Shown: positions 53,336 to 64,000 of the stretch, piece by piece
Numbering within the stretch: the stretch's first letter is position 1
Layout of the letters: every line of letters begins with the position of its first letter
NCBI RefSeq assembly: GCF_006345805.1
Contig: NC_043004.1
Coordinates: 58,714,001 to 58,778,000 of the forward strand
Length of the DNA: 64,000 bases
Direction of reading: 5' to 3'
Origin: Octopus sinensis
Lineage: Eukaryota
Position numbers and translations under genes: made by a program
The notes under the pieces: model-generated
Told to the model about the DNA's origin: nothing
The model's database searches: none
Seen by the model: only the letters and a program-made list of their open reading frames with translations

Positions 53336-53882
53336 CGAGTAGCCCATCCCACTCAAAAGGTCCCTGAATAAGGATTGTTTAAGGATGTTGAATGAACCAC
53401 CCGTGTTTCCAAAGATGAATTATCCAAACCTCCAAAATTCCTTTCAACACATGGCTATGATGCTCCCCCACTACTTCCGCTCATGATCAGAGATGCACAT
53501 ATCATCAGCCACTAAGGGACATGCTCAACGGGTTAAGGTCAAGCAACTGACAAGCAAATCTGTAGTATTGAGCAGAATATTTGTTGTAGCCCATCTTTTA
53601 TACCAAGACAAAACAATGTACATGATAACACTTCCAATCAGTTAAGATCAGAAGCCATGAGAGCCACTGTCTGGTACTGCATCACGGCATTTATTATTAT
53701 CATTATTATTGAGTGAGAGAGCAGTGCATGCCATCAAAGTGACACTGGGGTAAAATATACGAAGCCCAGTATAACCATCATGACTACCCGTCTGATAAGG
53801 GTACACTAGGCACATGCATCACAACCATATTTGCTGTAGCCCATCTTTTATACCAAGACGAAACAATGTACATGATAACACA
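53336..53882 (-). mobile_element. Two pieces of the (TAA)n-associated non-coding repeat seen at 47626-47915
   Basis: Reverse-complement matches to both ends of 47626-47915; ~48-bp internal direct duplication at ~53585 and ~53835. Confidence 0.68.
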
Positions 53883-53902
53883 GTGGTTATTATTATTATT
53901 AT

Positions 53903-54110
53903 TACCTCTGCCTAGCAAAGGCGGAGGTATTGTTTTCAGTCACATTTGTTTGTCTGTCCCTGAACAAGATATTTCAAGAATTGCTGGATGGATTCAAAAG
54001 AAACTTTCAGGAATGTTTGGCCCTGTGACTGGCACAAACTGATTAGATTTTGGGATTGATCTGGTTCTGGACAAGAATTCTTGATTATTTTTCTGGTTTA
54101 CTTACTAAAC
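53903..54110 (+). mobile_element. HINE/DINE-1-like (Helentron-associated) non-autonomous element, 5' part
   Basis: Terminal hairpin ACCTCTGCC(tagcaaa)GGCGGAGGT at 53904-53928, then tattgttttc and a gtttgtttgtctgtcc simple repeat; T-rich insertion site. Confidence 0.55.
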
Positions 54111-54339
54111 TTTTGAAAGTAGTCGGGTTCATTTTTTGTATTTTTGTTTGTGAGAGCAGTCGAATTTATTTCAGACATTCTCATCCAAATTCCACCAAGA
54201 TTAACTTTGCCTTTTGTGGTCATTGAAATAAATTCCAGTCAAGCATTGGGGCCAACATAATCAACCAATCTTTTCCCTCTAAATCTTAAGTTTTGTGCCA
54301 TTAATAGAAGGGATTATTACTAATATTATTTTTCTTTTA

Positions 54340-54667
54340 TCTCAGGTTTTGTTGTAACTTCTGGAGTTTTCAATGCACAGTGGTCTTGCTACCTGTAGCA
54401 TAAGGTACCATGTTATCTGTTCAACTATTCTTTTCAACTATCTAATACTTTCCTGGTGATTCTAGCCATTCCAAGGAGGCAAACATTTTGCAACAGCTCT
54501 ACTAGGAACTCTGTTCCCCTTTTCTTCAATATTCCTCTTGATGCCTTCTGATGCTGTTCCCAAGGACTCAACAATTATTGGTACTATCTTCACCATTTTC
54601 ATTTTCCATAGTCAGGCTGTCTCATATTTAAGGGGATTGCACATGTCTTTTTGCTTTTGCCTTCCTT
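54340..54667 (-). mobile_element. Decayed R4/Dong-like 3' fragment, third subfamily
   Basis: LKYETA*LWKMKMVKIVPIIVESLGT...VELLQNVCLLGMARITRKVLDS*. Confidence 0.75.
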
Positions 54668-54895
54668 CTGACAGAATCATTAGCATGCTGGGCAAAATGC
54701 TTGGCAGCATTTCATCTGTCTCTATGTTCTGAGTTCAAATCTCACCAAGGTCAACTTTGCCTTTCGCCCTTATGGAGGTCAATGAAATAAGTACTAGCTG
54801 AGTACTAGAGGTCAATGTAATTGACTTACTCCCCTGAAATTGCTGGCCTTGCACCAAAATTTGAAATCAATATTTTTTTCTTTTTTATTAAGTGG
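54668..54895 (+). repeat. 228-bp inverted duplicate of 57555-57782 (diverged SINE-B plus unique flank)
   Basis: Two mismatches seen in 228 bp; the match runs ~25 bp beyond the SINE end. Confidence 0.92.
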
Positions 54896-55172
54896 GTCAA
54901 AGGGGCACACAACATCAATTATAGAACACATGTGGTTCACCTCGTCCACCATCACTAGGTCCAGCTTGTACTCAAACACCTAGTCCATCTGAACAGGGAA
55001 ATTCCAAGGATTTTGCCAGTCTTAGACTCAGCCACTCTGTGGTTTGTTCTCGTACCACATCTTCCTTCTCTCTAACCTCAACACAGATTGAAGTGCAGCA
55101 TTAGGGCATTGCTACATTCTATGCTAACTTTACTAATTTTGAGTTCAAGCTCTTTTGGTGGTGATTTAATTA

Positions 55173-55870
55173 TTCGAACTTTAGGTCTCACTGAGGAAAT
55201 GCTAGAGACCGAGACCTCTGGAAGTGTGCTGTGCGCGAGAAGACCCGGCAGGACAAGTGAGTCCACAACCCGTGGCCTTCTACATGGGATGGAGCCAGCC
55301 TACGTATGCATACCTTCCCTTCTTGGGACACAAAACTCTACTTGTGAAGACGTGTTGAGGCAAGTGAGGATCAGAATCGAAATCGATCAATGGAAATTGC
55401 GGATGTGCTACCAGTGCCGGTGGCATGTCGAAACTCTGCTTATGAAGACCCATTGAGGCAAGTGAGGATCAGAATCGAAATCGATCAATGGAAATCGATC
55501 AATGGAAATTGCAGATGTGTTACCAGTGCCGGTGGCATGTAAGAGAACTTTCCGTTTCGCGACCGTTGCCAGCACCGCCCCGTTTCGTGTCCGTTGCCAG
55601 CCTCGCCTGGCCCTCGTGCCGGTGGCACATAAAAAGCACCATCCGTTCATGGCCGTTTGCCAGCTCTGTCTGGCACCAGTGCGGGTGGCACGTAAAAAGC
55701 ACCACACACTACTCACGGAGTGGTTGGCGTTAGGAAGGGCATCCAGCCGTAGAAACACTGCCAGATTTGACTGGGCCTGATGAAGCCTTCTGGCTTCACA
55801 GACCCCAGTAGAACCGTCCACCCATGCTAGCATGGAAAACGGACGCTAAATGATGATGATGATGATGATG
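55173..55870 (+). mobile_element. RTE LINE 3' end (ORF tail + 3'UTR + (GAT)n)
   Basis: RTLGLTEEM..RDLWKCAVREKTRQDK* followed by the tandem-motif UTR and (GAT)n. Confidence 0.8.
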
Positions 55871-55934
55871 ATATACTTCTTCTAAAATATATATACTTAA
55901 TATATGCTGTACAGTGTATATGTACTCCTTACTA

Positions 55935-56331
55935 TCTTTATATATAAAAGTGAAGTTGTGTGTCTGTCTCCTACGATTTAGATTCCTAACTACTCCCACG
56001 TTTTGCGGTGCAGTTTAACCAAAAGCGGGTATCTTATAGTCGTGATTCATATCGAGCCCTTCTGGGTATTAGCGCACGTCTACGATGAGTCTACGATTTA
56101 AAAAAAAATTTACCATCATTTTTTTCCATTTTAATGCATTTTTTCGCTATTATATAAGGGAAGTAACTCTCTAAAAATGTCCACGATGAGTCAATGATTT
56201 AAAAAAAATTTACCCTAATTTTTTTTCCTTTTTTAATGCATTATTTTGCTATTTTTTGGCTGTAACTCTCTAAAAATGCTTATATAGTTATTTCCCTTAC
56301 AAACCCGAGCAACGCCGGGCGATACTGCTAG
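55935..56331 (+). mobile_element. Non-autonomous Helitron
   Basis: A|TC start; CCCGAGCAACGCCGGG hairpin; CTAG|T end; homologous to 26439-26839. Confidence 0.87.
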
Positions 56332-56699
56332 TATACTATAAAGTACATACTTCTTAAAAACCTAATTCAAGTTACATTGCATTTCAAAAAGGAGCAATGA
56401 GCACTGTAAAATATCAAAGAACCTTCTTTACAGGATCCTTTTTTATGAGGTCTTTAAGAAATTGCCAAAACTTCCCTTATTAAAGACCTCTTAAAAGTAC
56501 TCTTCAAAGAAGGTCTTGCTATCTACAGTACCTACTCTGCCTCTTTGAAATGCAATACAGCTTGTGTTGGTTACACATACCATGAACACATAATTCTAAT
56601 TCTTCTCTTCAGTATTTTTTCCCTCTAGTCTTTCTCTTTCTCTTCTCACCCTCTGCTCTATTAATCATCTCTTATTACTTATTTCTTTTCTCTTCTCTG

Positions 56700-56732
<33 letters not shown>

Positions 56733-56972
56733 TTGCTCTTTTGTCTCCCTCTACCTTGCTATCTTCAGATTGTGGCTCTAACACAGCAGTAAAAAGAATC
56801 CTTTTTATGAGATTACACTTCCAAAATACATCCAATAAAATGTAGATAGGAATCTTTCTACTTCTAGATCCACAACAAACACGTTTGAGTAACTCTACGG
56901 CAGTCATAATACTTCAACCAGAAAGGAAACAAGATTTTTTTTTTCTTTTGTATTTCTCTTATTTCGATGTAG

Positions 56973-57029
56973 TAGTGGAGGATTTCTAATACTGCTCACT
57001 GTTTTAATTTTGTACCAATGCTGCCTATG
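56973..57029 (+). CDS. Candidate internal exon encoding a hydrophobic helix
   Basis: Long pyrimidine tract + TAG/TAG tandem acceptor, donor ATG|GTAAGA; 57 or 54 nt; frame SGGFLILLTVLILYQCCL. No partner exon found. Confidence 0.25.
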
Positions 57030-57554
57030 GTAAGAGAGTATTAGATGGCAATACCTCACAGACTAGTAATTAGGATTCTTTAAATGTTCATTCGGCAGAT
57101 TGACTTCATGTTAACATGTCAAACAACCACACAGGAACTCATTTATTAGCATCAGTGACTGCAAGTAGTTAACAATGCTGCAGGGGAATTATTGAGTTCT
57201 TTTAAGAGAAATGTGAATAAAAAATATATTTACTGTGTTATAATGAACTGATTATGATAGTAAGGCTGTGTGTCCTAGTGGTTAGTGTGTTGCATTCATA
57301 ATCACAAGATCAAGGTTTCAATTCCTGGTCCAGGTGGTGTGTTGTGTTTTTGAGCAAAACTCTGCTCTGCAATTACATCAACATCTGATGTGTGGCACAC
57401 TGTGCACCTCTGTGCCAGTAATGTTTGATTTGATGGATGGAGAGAATGAGTTGAAAATCTAGTATGAACATTTGACCACTATAAACAAATGATGTGTGAG
57501 GGTTGTTCAGCAAGAAATTACAGAACTCTCACATGTACTCTACAACAAGAAAAG

Positions 57555-57782
57555 CCACTTAATAAAAAAGAAAAAAATATTGATTTCAAACTTTGGTGCA
57601 AGGCCAGCAATTTCAGGGGAGTAAGTCAATTACATTGACCTCTAGTACTCAGCTAGTACTTATTTCATTGACCCCCATAAGGGCGAAAGGCAAAGTTGAC
57701 CTTGGTGAGATTTGAACTCAGAACATAGAGACAGATGAAATGCTGCCAAGCATTTTGCCCAGCATGCTAATGATTCTGTCAG
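57555..57782 (-). repeat. SINE-B-related copy and flank; partner of 54668-54895
   Basis: See 54668-54895. Confidence 0.9.
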
Positions 57783-58699
57783 CACTGATAAAATATTGAA
57801 AGTGCTGACAAATAAGTCTGTTTTCTACTATATACCATTCCAAGAGGACATGGGTTTATATTGTGTCAATGGAATACATCCAAGGCCAAAATGATTATAT
57901 CTCAAACGACTCAAACCATACTTAAATTTAAATGGATATTGCATGTGTGAAATTAATTAGCATCAATAATTAACCACAATAAATTTGGCAAGAATTTTTT
58001 TTTTTTCCTTTTTTACATAATGCTGGTTTTTTTTTACATCACTTCTGCTGGGAGTGTGAGCAACTGAAGTACCTCCTTCTGCTTTCATTTAGTTGTCAGA
58101 AAGCTGATTATCCATGGTTAAATGCCTCTGACCTTCAAATGGCTGACTTTCAAATGTCAAATAATTAACTTAATCATATGACAAACAGATCTATTAAGAA
58201 ATGAAGGATAAAATATTTCAATGTATGATCCATGCAAAGGATGGGCTGATGATATAAAAGACTAATTTATGAGACCTTACAGAACGATATAAAACAAGCA
58301 TTCTTTTAAAATAACTCAGATATTGCAATAATTATCAAAAGCCAATATTATGTTCAGAGATTAAAGGTTTGATCATTATAATTTATAAAATCTTCATTAA
58401 TTGGCATTTGCTGCAGAGCTACAGCAGGTTTGCCATCACTGCATCATGAGAGTTAGTCAAGACAAAAGCAAGTTCCAGTACAAGTGACACCATTATTACT
58501 GAACAGTACTTGGCAGGATTTGGAATTATAAAATTAAGGTTTTTTTGAAGCTCACATTACAACTAAATTGTTTCAGGTTTAGTTCCACAATGCTGCATTA
58601 TCTTCTGCTATCAATCCAGGCCAGTTAATGCCTTGTGAGTGAATTTGGCAGACAAATCCCTCAGTATATATTGTATGCATTTTATTTATTTTTTATTTT

Positions 58700-59093
58700 A
58701 TTTTACTTGTTTCAGTCATTTGACTGCAGCCATGCTGGAGCACCACCTTTAGTCGAGCAACTAGACCCCAGGACTTATTCTTTTTGTAAGCCCAGTACTT
58801 ATTCTATCGGTCTCTTTTTGCCGAACCGCTAAGTGACGGGGAAGTAAACACACCAGCATCGGTAGTCAAGCAATGCTAGGGGGACAAACACAGACACACA
58901 AACATATACACACACATACATATATATATATACATATATACGACAGGCTTCTTTCAGTTTCTGTCTACCAAATCCACTCACAAGGCATTGGTCAGCCCGG
59001 GGCTATAGCAGAAGACACTTGCCCAAGATGCCAGGCAGTGGGACTAAACCCGGAACCATGTGGTTGGTTAGCAAGCTACTTACCACATAGCCA
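58700..59093 (-). mobile_element. SINE family A copy
   Basis: Near full length. Confidence 0.88.
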
Positions 59094-60752
59094 CGATGTT
59101 TCTAAAGGTCAGTGATGGTTTTCCTTGGTTACAAGTGGATGGCCACCATGTACGCATGCATATATGTGCATGCATGCATTCATATGTATAAAAATATTTC
59201 TTTTAAGCAAAAACAATGCAAGGTAAAAAACAATTCAAAATAGAGGTTGATGGTTTATACAATTACATAGTATTTTAATAATTCAGGGTTAGAAACCTTT
59301 TTTCTGAAAATGCACAAAAATGTAGTTGATAGCTGACTTTTCTTCTCTGTAGTGTGTGCATATGAAGGGTTGATTTGTGTTACTATTGTAACCAGTCAGG
59401 TTTATGCGCTTCTCATCTGTTATTTCTTCATAGGCTGTGCTTGGTAATTAAACTAGTTTCTTTTATTTTCAAGTTCCCTGTGTTTCTTTCTATAGCTTCA
59501 TTGGAAGCTTAGACATCTTAGGAGGGCATTTTTATTAAGTGTTTTTAACAGAAGCTTACATACATGCATGCATGCATCCATACGCACATACATACATACA
59601 TATATACATACATACATAGATACATACATACATACATACATACATACATACATACATACATACATACATGCTCCATATATACATACATACATATGTATAT
59701 GATGGCTGCCCCCTGTTATCGAGTATGGCCATTGCATGAAGCTTAACTGTTATTGGTGCTGAGATCGAATGTGACTTTTATTTGCTTTTTAAGGCTACAG
59801 CCAGCCATTCAGTAGAGACTCACAGCACCATCAACAATCATGAACAATGTTGTTATCGTGCAATGTCTGCGCAAGAAGATTTTTTTTTAAAGTGAGGAAA
59901 GGCTGTGCACTTAGTGAGTCAATCCCACTCACTAAGCAACAGCAGCCATAATCCGAAAAGAAGAACAAGTCAACATCATCGGTAACCACTGAGCTGCAGG
60001 TTTTATATTGGAGTTATCCCAGTTACCTGAGTTACCTTCTCCTAGAAGGATGGCCTAACAAAGGCTAGGAGTCCTTCACTCCCAATGGTTGGTTTAACCA
60101 CGCGATCGGGTATTCAGTCTGATTATTTCTATGTCCCCACGCATGATACAGCCTTAAGCCTTAAAAAAAATACACATTTATTGGATGGCCGTTGACTCTC
60201 AAGAGTTCCTCCGCCCTTTGACGGGTTTTGTTTTTCATCCCGCAGGGTGTCCAATAAACACCCTCCTCACTAAGAAGCTTTGTAGGGTTGCTGGTTTAGA
60301 CGCCGACGGCCTGACCATGCAACAGGTTGTACTGGGTTACATGTTACCAGTAGCACTCGAAAGTGACCTGACATAAACATATGTACATACGTACATACAT
60401 ACATACATACATACATACATACATACATACACATTGACATTATAAGAACTTGGAAACTTGAAGAGAACATGGAATAATTCATCTTTTGAAATGGTGTAAC
60501 TCAAAGCAAAGAAGGCTACAAATAAATAATTATTTCCTGTTCTCTCAAAATTTCTAAAATCTTATGATGACAATACCATACAATTCTCACTAGGGAGAAT
60601 AAAGATTCTAAAAATGAATAGAGGAATTCAAAGTTATGAGTTCAAGTTCTACCAGTAGCCTTTGATGTTTACCTATCTAAAGGTTTTTTGTAACCCATTA
60701 TTTACAGTCTTATCTGCTTTGAGTTATATTTTCCAACAAAAAACATTATATA

Positions 60753-60788
<36 letters not shown>

Positions 60789-60789
<1 letters not shown>

Positions 60790-61490
60790 TTTTTTTTTAG
60801 TTTCAGCTCACAAGCTGTGGCCATGCTGGGGCACTGCCATTTGGTGTTGCTACATAATTTTACTTCACGAATGCTTTTTAGCAAATGCCATCTGGTGCAT
60901 GAGAGAGTTCGATGCAGCTGCCCTCATCTGCACCTCCTGCCGTGAAGTTGGTTCATCTGGGACACCTGACAAGAAGAGATCCAGTTTCATTTTAAAGACA
61001 TCTGCATCCACCCCATGCAAGTCTCTTAGGTTCTTCGGGAAGATATTGAAGAGCTGTGGGCCTTGGAAGCCCAGGCTATCACAGTATCTTGTCCTACATC
61101 CTGATGGCAAATTTGGAGTCCTTGGCACTATGCAGTGGTGCCCAGTTCTGGCATTTGTGTAACTCACGATGCCAAAGTTTGGGACAAGTCCTTCTAGGAT
61201 CTTCCAGATGTATATCATGGCATATCTTTCTCGCCTACGCTCTAAGGAATAGAGTCTCAATCTCTTGAATCTTTCTCAATAGCTTATATGCTGCACAGAG
61301 GCTATCTTCTTCGTGTAGCTTCGTTAGATCGCCTCAAGTTCTGTGATTAACTTAACACTGGATGGTGACCATAGCTGAGAGCAATAGTCAAAGTGGCTTA
61401 GGACAAGTGTCCTCCAGAGGACCATCATGGTTTCCTGGTCTCTTGTTCTAAAGATTCTAAGAATCCATCCAGTCAGCCGCCTACATTTCA
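60789..61490 (-). mobile_element. CR1-group LINE 3' fragment
   Basis: GWILRIFRTRD...LSHFDYCSQLWSP...LYSLERRRERYAMIYIWKI...FQGPQLFN..P..LR...FKMKLDLFL; stem-loop 3'UTR and A-rich tail. Confidence 0.88.
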
Positions 61491-61499
61491 TATATATAT

Positions 61500-61532
<33 letters not shown>

Positions 61533-62022
61533 TAGATAGATATCATCATCATCGTTTAACATCTGCCTTCCATGTTGGCTTGGGTTTTATTTTTATGTTC
61601 AATTATAATAAAAACAATTTTACATGAATCTGATAGTTACACTATATTTCTGTAGATTACAAATTTATTATTCTTAAACAAGAATATTGTTGACAGGGAC
61701 TTCGAAATTATGGCCAAATCAGATGATGGCTTAGCTGGCCAAAACTTTGAACTCACTGTCAACAAAATACTTTTTTTGTTAAGAATAATATGTGTGCATG
61801 TGTGTGTGTGTGTTTGTGTGAATACACACACACACACACATATATATATTTAAGCATACATGTATGTATGCATGTATGTGCATATTATATATCATGTGAT
61901 CACGTAACCAACTAGGCCATCAGATGTTACTACACATCACTGGTCACAATGCATTGTTTTAACCTTCAAATGATGCCACCCCACTGGCTAAGCAAGCAGG
62001 CCATATTATATATATGAGAAAG

Positions 62023-62073
<51 letters not shown>

Positions 62074-62125
62074 ATGTATGTATATGTGTGTGTATATATA
62101 TATGTATGTATATGTATATATATAC

Positions 62126-62190
<65 letters not shown>

Positions 62191-62221
62191 CATGTATATG
62201 TATATATCTATCTATCTATAT

Positions 62222-62587
62222 ATATGTTCGTCCTTCGGTTCGAAGATGACCAACTGACATCATCTGATGGAACTGCCGCCATGAGACCGGAGGTGGCTGG
62301 TGAGGCCAATCCGGGCAAGGAAGCCCCTCCCACAGGTGGGGCAGAAGTGGGTAGGGGCAGTGCTACTGGTGCAGGCGGCTCTGACTTTACGCATCTGACG
62401 TTTCTGCTCCGCTGACCGAATCCGTCCCTCCTCGGCTGTCCCTGCTCCCACGGTGATTGCGCTGCGCCAGGATGAGCGGTTGGCAGCAAGTGTCTCCCAG
62501 GTCTCTGTTCCGATGGAGAAGTCTTTGAGAGAGACCTTGAGACTATCCTTGTAGCGCTTTTCTGCCCTCCGACTTTGCGCCTGCCCT
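62222..62587 (-). mobile_element. RTE (BovB-like) 3' fragment with C-terminal C2H2 finger
   Basis: [11 protein letters not shown]...[15 protein letters not shown]...[21 protein letters not shown], then ggtcatcttcgaaccgaaggacgaac. Confidence 0.88.
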
Positions 62588-62611
62588 ATATATATTATAT
62601 ATATGAGAAAG

Positions 62612-62649
<38 letters not shown>

Positions 62650-62713
62650 GTGTATGTATGTATGTATTATGTATGTATATGTGTGTGTATATATATGTAT
62701 GTATATGTATATA

Positions 62714-62814
<101 letters not shown>

Positions 62815-62887
62815 TACATGTATATGTATATATCTATCTATCTATATATATATATATATTATATATATGAGAAAGTATATATATATA

Positions 62888-62937
<50 letters not shown>

Positions 62938-63003
62938 ATGTATATGTGTGTGTATATATATATGTATGTATATGTATATATATATGTGTGTGTATATATA
63001 TAT

Positions 63004-63038
<35 letters not shown>

Positions 63039-63068
63039 CTATATATATATATATAATATATATATATA

Positions 63069-63126
<58 letters not shown>

Positions 63127-63819
63127 TGTACAAGCATATATACACATACAAACATACTATCATATTTTAGTGGCAGAGTGTGTGGAGAAACTATGTGATG
63201 TCTCTTAACTCACAAATTGTCACTGAATCCACAAATATGACAAGAGAAGAGAAGAATAAATGTAAACCATGAATATTCACATAAATATTTATACTGTTTT
63301 ATATGCCACAATTAAAACATTTATCTCTTGCAGCACTTCCTATCATTCTTCCATTTGAGGAAATAGTGTGTGTAATTCTCTGTGAGTTTTTGCTTCCTAT
63401 ACTGAAAGAATAGTTTCTTTAAACCATAGTAGAACATTAAAGATGCATTTTAATTTTCTTAATATTTTATCTTGATCAAGGTTATGAGAGTATTCAATAA
63501 AAGTAACGATGCTGATGGTCACTGCCATCGATTTTGATGTATGAGTGTTTGAAGGAGAAGATTAAAAGAAAGAAAAAAAGTTGCATCTATTTGTGGTAGA
63601 TGCCTGAATGTAATTTCATTTCAGGTATGGATCCTGCAACGAAATCTGAGTTGAAATGTCACTGGTATCAAACTTGTCTTTCATCTTCTTGAGGGTCAAC
63701 AAAATAAGTACCACTTAAGTACTGGGGCTGATGTGATTGATTAACCCTCTCCCCATAAAAATTTCAGGCCTTGTGTTTATAATAGAAAGAATTATTATTA
63801 TTGTTATTATTATTGTTTT

Positions 63820-64000
63820 CTATTTATCACAGGCTTTGTTGGAGCTCCTGGAGCCTTGCATGCGTAGCGGGCTTCCTACTTGCAGCTTACGGTACCATGC
63901 CACTTGTTCTTTTCAGCTAATACTTTCCTTATTATTCTGGCCGTGCCAAGGAGGCAAACCTCTTGTAACAGTTCTACTGGGCACTCTATTTCAATTTCCT
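63820..64000 (-). mobile_element. R4/Dong-like 3' end, cut by the window edge
   Basis: IECPVELLQEVCLLGTARIIRKVL; same subfamily as 54340-54667; adjacent (TAT)n at ~63795-63815. Confidence 0.75.

Noticed and set aside
60662-61268. Plus-strand ORFs of 166 and 70 aa
   Set aside because: Antisense shadows of the CR1 ORF.

Overview
AT-rich, microsatellite-saturated eukaryotic DNA. Its SINE/LINE repertoire and (TA)n/(CA)n/(TAA)n density point to a coleoid cephalopod, probably Octopus (inference; no database search). No host gene can be named; only a few weak exon candidates exist. Most ORFs in the track are translations of simple repeats. Recognisable content: (1) a young, 5'-truncated R4/Dong-clade RLE retrotransposon in a (TAA)n tract with an almost intact RT-CCHC-RLE ORF (50477-53013, minus), plus four older Dong-like pieces; (2) a decayed RTE LINE with a PHD-like finger inside its RT region, adjoined by a Penelope-like element (RT + GIY-YIG) with an inverted terminal repeat and a hammerhead ribozyme; (3) CR1 and RTE 3' fragments, mariner/Tc1 and hAT remnants, three non-autonomous Helitrons, foldback MITEs and four tRNA-derived SINE families; (4) a full-length U6 snRNA retrocopy fused to a SINE inside one target-site duplication; (5) six hammerhead-ribozyme motifs, including a back-to-back palindromic pair at 29291-29457; (6) three local templated copies of 67-228 bp over 1.7-3 kb. 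Coordinates were counted by hand and repeat boundaries may be off by several bases.
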